Part shown: one piece after another, positions 1 through 13,019 of the stretch
How the letters are laid out: the number at the start of each line of letters is the position of its first letter
How positions within the stretch are numbered: position 1 is the first letter of the stretch
DNA from: Felis catus
Lineage: Eukaryota
Length of the DNA stretch: 64,000 nt
Direction: 5' to 3'
Assembly (NCBI RefSeq): GCF_018350175.1
Contig: NC_058368.1
Span: 219,234,001-219,298,000 of the forward strand
The notes under the pieces: model-generated
What the model was told of the DNA's origin: nothing
Database searches by the model: none
What the model saw: the letters and a program-made list of their open reading frames with translations, nothing else
Position numbers and translations under genes: made by a program

Positions 1-513
1 ATGACCTTTGTATGCCTTTGATACATCTCCAACTCCTTCTCAACTACACTTCTAGTCCAGCATGCAAATGAGCTGCAAGACATTAAGGAATTATTTGAAA
101 CAACTGGCTATTCTAGAAGCTATTAGAAGGAAACCGATAACACTTTTTCCCCCTTCAAAATGTATAGTCAAAGGGATCAGTAGTGGACCACGACACTCTT
201 CCTCCAAAGGAGGGCACAAACCAGGAAGTATTTTAAATACTCACAAATAGAGCAGCACCTGCTTGTTGACATACGTTCATGGAAAGTATTATATTGCCTT
301 ACCCTACCCATTAAAAGGTCTTTTAGGGAATTGCCCTAATAAAAGCTATTTAGAAACCAGACTTGACCTGGTACTTCCAATTACAACCTATCTCCACAGC
401 TTCATTTTAACTCCTCCACTTTCCATGCTTGTAACTCTTGTTGGCAGTGAAGAACTTTGCCTACAGTATTCACAGTATGTTTACTTGTTTGCTCCATCCT
501 AGGTGTTTGGAGG

Positions 514-562
514 TTAGATAGCTAGATAGAGGATAGATATATAGATAGATAGGTAGATAGAT
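514..562. repeat. Imperfect (GATA/TAGA)n microsatellite
   Basis: tagatagctagatagaggatagatatatagatagataggtagatagat read directly. Confidence 0.85.
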
Positions 563-769
563 GGTTTTGATAAACTTGATAATCTTTATAAAGCTATCAA
601 GTGATCTCATTGGTAATTAGCATTCCTACACTTCTACCCTATTCTCTATCAATGTCACACATAACTATTTTTCCTGTTCCTGATTTATCCTTCCTGTTCC
701 TTTTTAGACGTATTCTGGAAATACTCTAAAAATCCTTCCTTATTACTTTAGGGAAATCTTTATTCTTGT

Positions 770-1410
770 TTCCAACTACAGAGTATTCAAATGTGTAGTT
801 GAACCATAGTTTATATAACTATTTTTCCTTATCTCTGCATGTAGGTAATTTTCTATATTTTGTAAAAGGAAGTAATTTTTGTGAATAAACATGAGTATAT
901 GTTTTCATAATATTTGAGGCAAATTGCTAGGGTAAATATCTAGAAGTGGACTTGCTGGGTCATAGGTAATTGTATATATATAACTTTGGTATATTTTGGC
1001 AGCCCATTCCCACAAAGACTTACCAGTCTGAGTTCTACCAACCAATTATTAGAGTGACTGTTTCTCCACAGGCTTGCCAAAATATATCGTGTAGTCTTTA
1101 GTGTTAAGCATTCTTATAGGTGATAGGTAAGAAATGATATCTCTGTGTAGTTTTACTTTGCATTTCTCTGTGAGGGAGCTTGGACATCTTGCAATCTTTT
1201 TGTATGTTAAGTATATCTACATCTGTTCTTACTTTTCCCCACTTTTGTAGTAGGCTTTATGCTCCTTTGTTCTCAAATTCGATAGTTTTTTATAGACCAT
1301 AGTTGCTACATCTTTATATATGATATCATTTGCAAGTACCCTTTCCCATTTTTTTTTTTTTATCAATTAATTTTGCTTGTAGTGGGCTTTTACTTGTTTG
1401 TCTGATTTTT
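770..1410 (-). mobile_element. Old L1 (L1M-type) ORF2 3' region fragment
   Basis: Antisense L1 hallmarks: 'gggtaaatatctagaagtggacttgctgggtcataggt' and 'gaaatgatatctctgtgtagttttactttgcatttctctg'; boundaries approximate. Confidence 0.7.
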
Positions 1411-1579
1411 TTGCCAGAGCAAATATCTAGATGACATCAGAATACATAAACAAAGGATAATTGTAGTCACCTAAAAATAGAACCATTCAGTTTACACTAA
1501 TTTTACTAAAGGTAGTTTTACAGGAGTATAATAATTACCATGAAATTCAAGAATACCTGAGATGATACTTAAGATTCAC

Positions 1580-2900
1580 TCTTTCATTTATTTAAAAACA
1601 TTTGTTGAGCATCTACTATGAAGCACACAGTATTTTAAAGGTTAACTATATAGTAATAAATAATTTGTTAAACTAAAAGCTAAAAGGGACAAACAAGCAT
1701 TAAATAAACACACACACACAAAAACAGAATCATTAAAATAAGTACCATGAAGGAAATGAATAGATTCTGAGATGGTAATACAGGGTCTAATCTTGACTAA
1801 TCAAGATTTATGAAGACTTGTCTAAGGAACTTAATTTAAGCCTTGGCCAGATGGATAAGCAACAAGCAGCTAAATGAATGTTGGAAGAGGAACATTCCAT
1901 TATGAGTAATATATATGGCCAAAAGTTTGTTAGCAGGAAGGCAGGCCATATGTAAAGGTAGAAGATATTAGGATTATTTCATGGTGATAAAAAGGCAAAA
2001 GTAATTGAAGAAATTTTCAAAAGAATAGATTATCTATGCTTGCATAGACCATAGTAACATTTGGGGATTTTTCCAAGGAAAATAAGAAATGCTTGAGGAT
2101 TATTAAGCTCTGAGTGTTATTAAGCTCTGAACATAAATTTATTATTTTTAATTTATATTTTGTAAACAAGAGGATGGTGGTTGGGGACATGGGAAGAGTG
2201 GAAATATTTGAAATATATTTTTGAGTTATAGATTTGTGGGAAATGTTAGTAGATGGGTATCGGCCATGGTACCAATGACTATCATGACCGATCTCTGCCC
2301 TGAGCAATGGGTGAATGTTGTATCCCTTGCTGATTTGGGCAACATTTGAAAAGAACATCTAGATTTCAGTTAAACATTTACATTTTGATTTGGATAATGT
2401 GTAATGTAGTAATACCAGCAGACAGATGGATAAATGACTTTAATGATAAAAAAAAAGTTCTGAGTTAGGGATTATAAACAACAACAATGGAAACAACAAG
2501 TAATCGTTGGCAAACGATTTGTGTATCAATCCAATGAAAGAGTCAGACAGCTGAATAAATTCAGCACTTAAGTTTGGTAGGGAAGGAGAAACCAGCAAAG
2601 ACACGTAGAAGGAAAAAGCACCAAAGGCATTCTTGTTATTTGCCAAGTGTGAATAAAAGGGAAAACTGTACAAGCTAAGGTAGAAAAGCAGGGGGTTGAA
2701 CGTAGGAAACAACTGGTAGAGAGATAGAAGAGTAAATGCTTATGAAATATTGAGTTTGAAGAACTGATTCAACAGTAATGCTTGAGCAAGGTTTGAGGAG
2801 TTTGTGGGTGGAGTTTGGGTTTGAAACAGTGATTTTAGAGGTGGTATATTTTTTGGATTGTATCAGGAATGGTTAAAGCTAAAATAAAGAAAATCATCAT
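1580..2900 (-). mobile_element. L2 LINE fragment(s), 3' end at left
   Basis: 'ttcatttatttaaaaacatttgttgagcatctactatg' matches the antisense L2 3' terminus, followed by purine-rich L2-like sequence ('gagcaatgggtgaatgttgtatccc'). Confidence 0.6.
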
Positions 2901-3121
2901 TATAATAAAGAAAAATAGGATCAAAGCCCAGTAGTTGGATATGCCATCCATATCCATAAGAATGTGAACTCCACTTAGAAAACTAACAAGCTTTGGGCCA
3001 AAAGGTGAACTAAGATCCATTGCTTGAATCCGTCCATAATTTAGGGAGTATGGTGGGGGGGACGGGGGGAAGGGAGATGATTGATTATGAGAATGTGAAA
3101 GAGGAAGGGGGAGTATAATTA

Positions 3122-3696
3122 TGATAGGAAAAAAATAGGATAAAATAGGCAGAGAGGAGAAGCATTAGGACCTGAGGTCCCTGGAACAATGCTGGGAGTT
3201 TCTGACCACACCAAACCCCCTCGGGCTTAAGGTTCCTCTTAAGAATGTTAACAGACACCACCTACTCCCCTTCACGTTCCCTCAGGGATTTGACAAAGAC
3301 CTGACGAAAAATAAGTAGACCATAAAATGCATGACCCACAAGGAATAAAATAGCCATAGACCACCCTTCATACAATGAAAATGAACCAATCAGGAATGGA
3401 CAACCCAGCACCTAGAGTTATCCAACCAATAAGGGTAGAACCTGAGAAGGAACAAGGAGGAAGGGAAGGGGGACCCTTCCCTTGTAAAGAACCTTGTAAA
3501 ACAAGGACCCTTGCCTCTAGTCCTCAGGCATTCACTTTCGAATCCCCCCTCTCTGTAAAGAGAGCTTTCCTACTATTCTTCATTTTAATCTTATACTCTA
3601 ATAAACTTTTGCCTGCTTCTCATTTTGTGCCCACCTCTTCATTCTTCGAAGCAGTGAGACAATGATCCTGGGTATTGTGGTAAAAAATCCTGCAAA
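3122..3696 (+). mobile_element. Solo LTR, ERV1-like (copy A; same family as 56331-56927)
   Basis: Starts TG; CCAAT at 3386 and 3426; AATAAA at 3600-3605; ends 'atcctgcaaa' (copy B 'atcctgcaaca'); possible 4-bp TSD ATTA; alignable end to end with copy B. Confidence 0.85.
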
Positions 3697-3874
3697 ATTA
3701 GGGCCCCCTCATTCTAAAGTCTTCATTGTCAAATAATTTAACAATGCATAAATAAAAGTCATGGAGAAGGGAAATGCAGAAAAAAAATCAGCAAATTTCT
3801 TGGAGTTCACTTTAAGGTGTTTGTGTATGTAATTGGGAGAACTTCTATCAAAGTGAATAGGTAACATCAAATTA

Positions 3875-4400
3875 TGGTCATGTGGGATAATAACAAATGT
3901 ATTTTATCTTTTTCCTTGGTTCCTACCACAGAGCTCCTAAAAACTTTGGAGTCCCCTGAGTGATAGTAGGATCCTTTGTTATCTTAACCGGGCCCTTTCC
4001 ATCACAACTGAGTTTGTGACAGTAAGGTGGTTCAGGGCAGGGCTTCCAGATTGGCCTCAGGATGGGGCAAGACTCTAGAAACACCAAAAGAAAGGAGGTT
4101 AGGAAATTTCAGTCCCACCTCTGACAGCTAGGGAGAGAAAGAAGGTGGAGATTAATCTTTGCAAAAACCCTTGAATAATGACACTGGGAGAAGCTTCTGA
4201 GTTGGTAACCACTTGGAGATGCTGGGTGGAAGAGGGCAGGGAAGCTCCCGTGCCCCTCCCCCCATATATTCTATGTAACTTGCCCTATGTTTCTCTTCCA
4301 TTTGGCTGATCCTTCATCGTGTCCTAATAAAGGTAAAGAAAACCTAGTAATTAGTGTGAGAATTAAACTGAATTCTTGTACACCCAGTTGGTGTTAGAGG
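3875..4400 (+). mobile_element. MER21B-like LTR
   Basis: 'ggttcctaccacagagctcctaaaaactttggagtcccctgagtgatag...cctcaggatgggg...ttcagtcccacc' matches recalled MER21B; AATAAA near 4325; ends 'cacccagttggtgt'. Confidence 0.7.
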
Positions 4401-6399
4401 ATTTGAGAATCTCACAAGGCATATGCTAATTGGGGAAACAACAAAACAGGCTAAGTAATTCAAGGGTTGTGAAAAAATAGTTGGAACCGTAATACTAATT
4501 ATCATGAATATTAGAAATGCAAAAGAGGACATATATTTTATCACATGAATAGACATAAATGGAAAACAACAACAACAACAACAAAAACTAACCTCCAGAA
4601 AGCATTATAAAGTATTACCTCTGAGTTTCTAAAACTGAAGGGATGATTAAAAGAAAAAAAAAAAAAGTATACCAAAATGCTTTGAAAGTCTCTTATTACA
4701 TTCTAAAGCTATGGAACTATTTGGTTTAGAGGATTGTTGTAAGGCAAATCTATCTTGAATCACAGCCAAGTCCTGTTATGCCAAAGGTCCTTGTTGTAGA
4801 TCTTATAAGTCTGCCCAAATACAAGGACCCTGAGGACATAGTTATAGCAAGATGTGAGTATATCTTCTTACACAGTAGTCCAGAAGGCAAATGTTAATGT
4901 TCAGAAACTGCAAAAAATCCTGCAAAATGGCAAACCTTTATTTAGAATGTGTGAACATTATCTCAATGGCTGTGGGGGTGGGGTACTAGCTAAATTTAAT
5001 TTAGTGAATTAAAAAGATTTGGTGGGAAATGAAAATAAATGACAAGGGTAGGTATTTACCAATAGTTAACTAATCTTGAATTTAAGATATAATAACTATT
5101 TTGTGGAAAGAGTGACTATTTGTGGCATATCTATAGATGTTATTTGTTTTTTATATTTCTTACATGTTATTGCATGCAAATATATTGAACTGACTGCAGC
5201 CATACAGGTTAAAAAGAAGATATAAAAGTAGGATTCAGTTATCCAACTTCAGTCCAATCCTCTATTACACTATTTTAAATTATCGGTTCCATTTTCTAAA
5301 CCAGCTTGGAGTGTGATACTTAAGTGTGATATCACATCTGCACCCTCCCCCCCCCCCCGTCAATCAGGCTGATCCCAATGTCAGTCTTCTCAGGGAAAAT
5401 GTCACACAGGCATTTTAAACAGGTTTGGAAATGATAGCTATTGCTAAAGAGTGCTCAGACCCATAAATTAATGTGGAGCTATATTCTGCCACAGTCCTTG
5501 AAGTGCTAATGCAGGGATATATTCATAAGAAAAGACATTGGTGTCAGAGTAGATATACCATGAGGAAAGCAAAACGTAAGGCAGAAATAAATTTGAAAAA
5601 AAAAAAGTCAACCATTAGGTTACTTTTTTATTCAGGTTCATCAATGTGTTCACTGTTAGCAAATTCCTAAGAGATTTTCAAAGAAGAATCTACAGCCAGA
5701 AAGTCCATTTATATCTCCTGACAAGGCAGTCATCCCATTTCTTTGTTTTCCTTTCCTGAGGTAATAGGTTAGACAGTTTGGAGGAAAATAAGCATATCTC
5801 TTTTTCTTTCTTCCCTTGAGCCAAAAGTCTAGAGAAAAGCAGGGTCTTATGCCCTAACATCTATTTTTTTTCCCTAGAGTTAAGCCAAAGTGTATTAAAT
5901 TATATCTCAATAAAGCCATTTAAAAACAAATGTCGGGATATCAGGATTGGTCACAACTTTCAACAGTTATCTCAAAAGAAAGCAAAAACACCAGGTTCTA
6001 GAGCTGCCTCCTCACTGCTAGTCTTATGATGCACTGACTTTTCCTGCAAAACCTGAGTACTGTGATCCTGTAACTGGTGCTCATAAATTGGTATGGAGGG
6101 AGGTGCCAAAGAAAAGGCAGAGATGTCCACTTCAAACTCAAGTTCCTTACACATCTCAATCCCGGGCCACTTTGGATGCGTTTACCCTGTTACCACTATT
6201 ATTTCTCCAGCCCCTCTGCATTCCTCAGTGTGTGCCTGTGTGTTTAACACTGAACGAGGCTTCTCTCTAGGAGATTGTAAGGTAATACTACAAAAGTCCT
6301 ATAATTCATCTGTTTAAAATGACCACAGAGACAGCCTTTATAATTAAATTGGTTAATTTTGGTGCATTTCATTTAAAGATACCAGAGACTCCTTTGCTT

Positions 6400-6615
6400 T
6401 AGAGCCTTGGTTCCAGAGACCAGCTGCTGGCATTTAAATCCTGACTGACAGTTACTAGCTCTGTGTCCTTGGACAAATTACCAAAGTCTCTATGATTTAA
6501 TTTCCTTATTCGGAAAACTAGTGAAATCCTAATACTTCTCCATAGCATTGTTTTGAAGAGAAAAATGAAATAGCACAAATCCTTTATGGAGACACCCAAT
6601 GTGTCTTCATTATTA
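6400..6615 (+). mobile_element. MIR SINE
   Basis: MIR core 'aaatcctgactgacagttactagctctgtgtccttggacaaattac...tttccttattcggaaaa'. Confidence 0.7.
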
Positions 6616-6924
6616 TAAACCCAGTTCTCAACTTCATATTTGACAATTTATATAAAGGCAAAATAGGCAAATGTTCCATAATTTATATTGTAATGGGAAT
6701 TTTAAAATTTTTTCTCACACATCTATATACCTAAGTCATCCTTTAGAATATTATTTAGTTAAAAGAGTTTGTGACAAAATAGCATATCATTCGGTTATCA
6801 GTATGAAAAGAAATACTTCTCTCTGGTAAAATATAGCCTTAGAGACTCTTCTGTTAGTGTTACAGACTTTCGAACAAAGTTATATGTAAAAGTGACCATT
6901 TCTTGATTCCTGTCAAGAGTCTGA

Positions 6925-7118
6925 TATCTGGAGCTGTGTGCTTCATCTAAATTTATCTTAAAGCTTACAACAAACTTGGAAGTCAGAAATGATTATTTTA
7001 CTTTACATATGAGAACATAGTGTCTCAGAAATGTTAATTGACTTTCCGGAGGCAATCTAATTAATCACTGTCCAACTTAGAATTTGAACCAGGGTTCTGA
7101 TTCCAGAGACAGTCTTTT
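6925..7118 (-). mobile_element. MIR SINE
   Basis: Antisense MIR core 'attttactttacatatgagaacatagtgtctcagaaatgttaattgactttcc...gaatttgaaccagggttctgattcc'. Confidence 0.7.
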
Positions 7119-7728
7119 TTTTTTTCCCCACTGTTAAAGATTTTTACGGAGAAATATTTTTAAGCTTCTAAATATATTTATTTGATTGAAAATGCACAGA
7201 AAGAAGGAATAAAGTCTTGAACTCTTTAAAAGTTTGGATGGTATCATTTTTCCAGGTGAAAGAAATGACAGCAGCCTTAGGCAGACATGTTTCCAGCACC
7301 TGTCTCTCCTTAAAAAGCAGTGTAATCCAGCTTGAGAGGAGAGGGCAGGAAAGATAAGACCAAAAGTCTTAGAAACTGACAACTGAAGGATCTGGAAGAG
7401 TCTGAAGAGTGTACAGATATACTGAGTGGTGAAATATGTAACCTGGGTGTGGGAAGAAGTTTACAATAAGTAATTAAAGGTGAATTAAAGCCAAGACAAA
7501 GCCAAAGTCACTGGAAACAGCTTAGGCTGTATGTAGATGGGAGAATTGAATGATTTATAGTTCAAGGAGAGTTCAATAATACTGTACATTATAAATATGG
7601 TGAACAACTTGCAGTTGGATATTTTACATAATTTGCTGAGTAAAGTGTGTATAGAAAAAAATATGATCACCTAAATAAACATTTGTATTTTATTACACAA
7701 AAATAAAAAATCTATCCATAAAATAAGC

Positions 7729-7909
7729 CAGTGGTTTGCAATTAAAGGATCAGAATCACCTGGAGAACTTGTTAAACGAGACTCTGGGCCAGATTCTCAG
7801 ATTTTCTGATTTTTCAGGTGTTGGGCGGAGCCTCAGGATTTGCACTTCTAACATGTCTCCAAGTGATACACATGCTGCTGGTCTCAAGGGGACCCTTCAA
7901 GAGCCACTG
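7729..7909. mobile_element. MER5A hAT-Charlie non-autonomous DNA transposon
   Basis: Termini CAGTGG...CCACTG; internal 'atcagaatcacctggagaacttgttaaa'; 8-bp flanks aaataagc / aagtaagt (6/8) fit an hAT TSD. Confidence 0.85.
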
Positions 7910-9961
7910 AAGTAAGTTATGTTATTTATAAATTTGCTTTTAAAATTTGTGATATGTCCAATCTCTAAGCTGTCATGATCAGTGTTAGATCAGTATAAGG
8001 ATTAGAAGTAAGACCCAGTCTCTGGGAAATATGGGAGATTCTCAGATATACACTTGAAACTCTTTGTTGTATGGTTATGAAAAGCATAGGTCCAGAATTC
8101 CAACTCATAACTGAGAAGCTCATAACTACTGTGTCAATCATTCAAGTTCTTATCACGATAAAGTTCTTATCAAGACCAAGTTTCTTTTGTAAGTTTGTTC
8201 TAGGATATTGGAGCATATTTTTTTGAGAGAGATTAAAGGGTTCTCAAATACATATGCGCTCTTTCTATTTTTTTTTTCTTTTACTTATATCAAGGAACAC
8301 TCTCACACACACACACATACACACACGTTTAGTGTGCACATGCTTAGTGTGAATGTAACATTGGTTTTGCATCACATGGTACCAGACAGTGCTTGCCTTG
8401 CTGAATTGGCCATAGAATGCAGAGGACCAGTTTGTGTCATATAACTGGATGTGGGAGAAGAATAGAAATGGTACAGGTGCCCAAATCTTTTCTTTGAATG
8501 CAGTAAACTATTAACTAGAAAATGCCCTTTAGATTTTTTAAAAAGAATTTTAAAAATGCTATATATTCACTTTATCATTAAGCACAATGTGGAGTTGCAA
8601 TTATTGCTTTCAATTCCTGGAAAGAATGGGGAAAAAATAATTGCCTGATTCAAAGAGATTTTGAATGTTGGTTTGGTTTTTTTTCCCTTTTATGGAAAAA
8701 ATATCCAGTTGCAGAAAACATAGTAAAAAATGAGGGAGTTACCATAAATCTAAAACACCCTATTTCAGTACTTTAATTCTAACAAATGAGAGATGTTGAT
8801 CTTTAAGGAACTTAAAAAATAGATTTGTTTCAATTACTAAGAACAGTAACAACAAAAATTCTACTAGCTCCCATTATTTTCTTTTTCTTTAATGATCTAT
8901 CAATGTGTACTTTAGGAAAAAGTATGGACAGTCTCAGTATTGCAAATGAGATTTTAAAACATTCAAATTCAAAGTTTGTTAAATGTTTAATTTGTTAAAA
9001 GTTTATTGAAATAATTTCCAAGGCTGTATTTTAAATATGCTTTGTGCCAAACAACATTAAACAGTCGCTGTGAGTATAATGTAGTATGGTATTGACTAGT
9101 GTAGGAGACAAGAATCCTGTATTGCGTCCAGGTTCTGAGTCATTTGGAGACCTTTGTAAGGTCATGTTTCTATTTATTTTCTCTTAGCCGTATTTTAATT
9201 AAGGTTGCCATAGGATTAAGTTTTTTAATAGTACTTGTAAAGCTGGTTATAAAACACACAAATTATATAAATATCAACTATTTAAGAATATACTAAATAA
9301 TTACATATCTACCTAACCTAGGAAACTAACTTGTATCTATTTTTACATTATGTCTGGTAAGCATTTTTATAATCTTACTGAGATATCTTTGTGTAAAATG
9401 TTTACTTAGCTCAAATAATCAACTTTATGCACATCATTTATATATTTTGGGCCAAAAGACTCTGTAAATTAAATAAATTTCTTCATGTCATGAGTATTAT
9501 AAGTTCAAATGTTATGTTTTATAAATATATAAATTATACCAAGTAAGCATAAACACTAAAACTAAATGACCTACAAGAAAAATAAAATTCGAAATACCCA
9601 TCTACATGGAAAAAATTCTAAATAACCCATCTTTCATAAGAAGAAAGCAATAGAGAATAAATTTTATTAACAAAGACTTGATTATGTAATTATAATATTT
9701 AAAAACATAGTGAAAAATTAGAATCAATAGTAACTTAAAATAATGACTTTGGAATTATTGCTGGAAGTTTGAAAACACTAGGACAGAGACTTATGGGTGT
9801 CTTTTTCTTGTTTTTGGAATCCTTAGAATATTACTCATATCTCAATTTACTGGAAAAAAATTAAAGACAATAATTATCTGGAGAAAACTGACTAGAATTT
9901 TGGAAGAATGTACTTCAATCCAGATCACAAAAAGTTCAAGTCCAGAGGATGTGTTAAAAAA

Positions 9962-10075
9962 AAATATATATATATGTATATATGGATATATACATATATA
10001 TATACACACATATATTATGTGTAAGATGATATACAATATGTAGTATACATCACATATATAATAAATATTATTTAT
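9962..10075. repeat. TA-rich low-complexity repeat
   Basis: Degenerate (TA)n/(TATG)n tract read directly. Confidence 0.8.
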
Positions 10076-10982
10076 ATTTTGTTATGTATCCTAATTTATC
10101 AAATACACATATCACACAATCAGGGCATGAGAAGAATTTTTGAACATGTCATGAAATGGAGAAACCCTATAAAAAAACAAGAGACTGGACACTGACAGAG
10201 AACACAAGCGTGCCAACAAGGAGAGAACCAACCCTAAGTGCATTTAATCCTTTCTCAGCAATAACCATAAAGTTGTTTTCACAGTTTTTCATTACTTAAA
10301 ATTGACTTCAGATGAGAGGGACGCCAGAATTAATCTAGAACAAATGTTAAATATAAATATGACTGATTGAATAATAAACTAGAATAGAGAAAAGTCAGTA
10401 AGTACTTAGATTAAATTGTCTGGAATTTAGAAAATTGCCTTGCTTCAGACACTTTAACCAATAAAAAATTAGAATAAAGATAATTAGAATTTTAAATGTT
10501 TAAATTTATGACTATAAAAATGGCACAGCAGGTACGGTACTATAACACTCCCCCCCCCCAAAAAAAAACACATTTTTTCCTGTATTTAGTTATTTGGCCA
10601 ACCTTTTGGTATCCATTGTTAGTCTCTTATGTTTTCCTCTTAGATAGCACAACACTTGCACATAATGGCTGTTACCATTTTCCTTTCTCATTTCATTTTC
10701 ATGGCTAAGTGTACAGACAACTTCTGTCCAGTGCTTGAATAACAACAATGTAGAGGATATATCTGAATTTATTTGTTCTGTGTTAATCATATTATGCTTT
10801 CTTGATAACTGTTGTAACAGCCGCCTACTTATACTGGCCAATATTTGCCATTTAACCTTTCGTATGAATTACATTAAGTTTCATGAAAAACCTCATTACG
10901 TATTTCTTCTCTAAATTTCATGATAAATTTCTCTATGTGTCTTTAGCACTTATTGTGTTGTGTTTCCCCCCAGGAACATTAT

Positions 10983-10985
<3 letters not shown>

Positions 10986-11031
<46 letters not shown>
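10986..11031. repeat. (TA)n microsatellite
   Basis: Uninterrupted TA run. Confidence 0.95.
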
Positions 11032-11033
<2 letters not shown>

Positions 11034-11559
11034 CTACAGCAAGAGATTTTTTGTTTTCTTTCTGCTGAATTTTTTGAGTATCTCTGGTGTCATTTTACTT
11101 TTTAATTTTCTTAAATGTTATGTAACACATATGTAGAATTGTGTAATATAATGAATCCCTGAGTCCTTTGTTTTTAAGTTTGAGAATGTTCTCCCAACCA
11201 GAGATTTGAAAGGAAGACCATGAGAAGGCTGGGGCGGGGTGTGCAGAACAAGAGAAGGAGGCTCAAAAGGAAGAAAAGATAAAAGAAAAAGGAAGTGATT
11301 GAAAAGAAATGTTGCCTCTATTACAAGTGGCTTGCATGCTAATACGTTTAGCAGATCCTTGTAGGTGCCTTACCAATCAATGGCCAATTGGATCGGTTTC
11401 CTTTATAGCCGTTCTCATGCATCAGGCTTACAGATACATTTTCCAGTGTCCTATGCAAGGGCATATGACGTAAATTTGGCAGTGTATAAATAGGATAAAA
11501 ATTGCTTTCTTAATACAAGCACCATTCTCGCTCTTTAGCAGTCACACTTTCTTCTGGCT

Positions 11560-11781
11560 TATAATGTTGTAAACCTGGTGGCTGGAGTGTAAGCAACTTG
11601 ACAGTAGGAAGCTGAGAGGAAGGCCAAGAAAATTGCAGAAATCTCAGCCCTGACTCTCATGAGCCATTGATATGATTTTAGTCTTCTAATTGTTTGAAGA
11701 AAAATAAGTCCATAATTGTTTAAGCCCGTGATGAACAAGTTTTCTGTTTCGCACAGCTGAATGCAATCACTAACTGCTGCA
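11560..11781 (+). mobile_element. MLT1-type (MaLR) LTR, 3' part
   Basis: Ends 'attgtttaagcccgtgatgaacaagttttctgtttcgcacagctgaatgcaatcactaactgctgca', typical of the old MLT1 3' terminus. Confidence 0.6.
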
Positions 11782-12243
11782 GCCTCCATGAGGTTTCAAC
11801 CTGCCTGCTGGAAAAGCATTACTAGTGCAATGATTCTCCCAGTCAGGGAGGTAAACAGTCCAGGTGCCAAGAACAATTTACTTATCCTGTGATGCACTGT
11901 CTCCCACCGATGTTTGGAAGTTCAGTCATTACCACCTTCCCACGGATTACCCTAGGGCCTTATGTGAAAAATTACGCTTGTAATGCCTCCCTTCAGTTCC
12001 ATCCACTCCAGAATGCTGCAGTGCTGTTAACATGGTTAACTCCAAAATAAGGTGCGTACTTTAGGCACCAAGAAATTATAAATAAATGCTTCATAATATG
12101 AGGATTACACAGCATGAGGTATGAATACACATCCCTATTGTAGATAATCAAACATTTACCTGTCATATTGAAGTCCGTAAAGCTTAATCTTTCAAATAAC
12201 TGATTTGAGGCTCATGGGCAGAACACTCTTAAATGATTTAGGG

Positions 12244-12458
12244 CAGGGGTTAGAAAACTGCAGCCTGGAGGCTTAATCCAGTCTTGTATCTGTTTCTGCA
12301 AATAAAGTTTTATTGAAAGACAGGCACACTAATTTGTTTACCTGTGGTTGCATTTGCAACAGAAGGACAGTTAAGAAGTGACAAAAGACACCATGCAGTT
12401 CATGAAGCTGAAAGTATTTACTATCTGCCACCAAACAAAAAAATGTTGCCAGATTTTA
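12244..12458 (+). mobile_element. MER58A hAT-Charlie DNA transposon
   Basis: 'caggggttagaaaactgcagcc...gcaaataaagttttattgaaagacagg...agtatttactatctg' matches recalled MER58A. Confidence 0.8.
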
Positions 12459-12657
12459 GCTTTTAATTGGCTTTTTATAATGGAGCTATTATAAAACAAC
12501 ATACATAAAATGAGAAAAATATATCTGAAACCAAATTAAAGATATATTAAGAAAAGGTAAAGGGGTATGTATTTGAGAAGCTTGTAGCTAAACTTAAATA
12601 TAAAATTAAAATATAAGAAGCTTAAACTTAAACTCAAGTTTAAAATATCTTAAAATA

Positions 12658-12881
12658 GGGCACCTGGGTGGCTCAGTCGGTTAAGCATCTGACTTCAGCT
12701 CAGGTCACGATCTCATGGTTCATGAATTTGAGCCCCACATCGGGCTCTGTGCTGAAAGCTCGGAACCTGGAGCCTGCTTTGGAGTCTGTGACTCCCTCTC
12801 TCTGCCCCTCCCCGGCTCGTGCTCTGTCTCTGTATCTCAAAAAAAAGTAAGTAAACAAAAAGTTAAAAAAATAAAAATAAA
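12658..12881 (+). mobile_element. Can-SINE (SINEC_Fc type)
   Basis: tRNA-like head 'gggcacctgggtggctcagtcggttaagc', CT tract and A tail; exact TSD taaaatatcttaaaata. Confidence 0.97.
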
Positions 12882-13019
12882 TAAAATATCTTAAAATATA
12901 TATAATAGAAGAAATTTAAATACTGTGTAGTGATTCGTTAAGGTGAGTTTACTTATATGTGGTTAGATATATATAAGTGGATCACAAGTTGGTGACAACT
13001 TGTTTATGTGATATTTCTA

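Noticed and set aside
3050..3075. G-quadruplex-like G runs (also 55500-55530)
   Set aside because: Short G-rich tracts within or beside repeats, with no promoter or CpG-island context
3375..3665. 96-aa ORF
   Set aside because: Lies wholly inside a solo LTR; the frame is not preserved in the second copy
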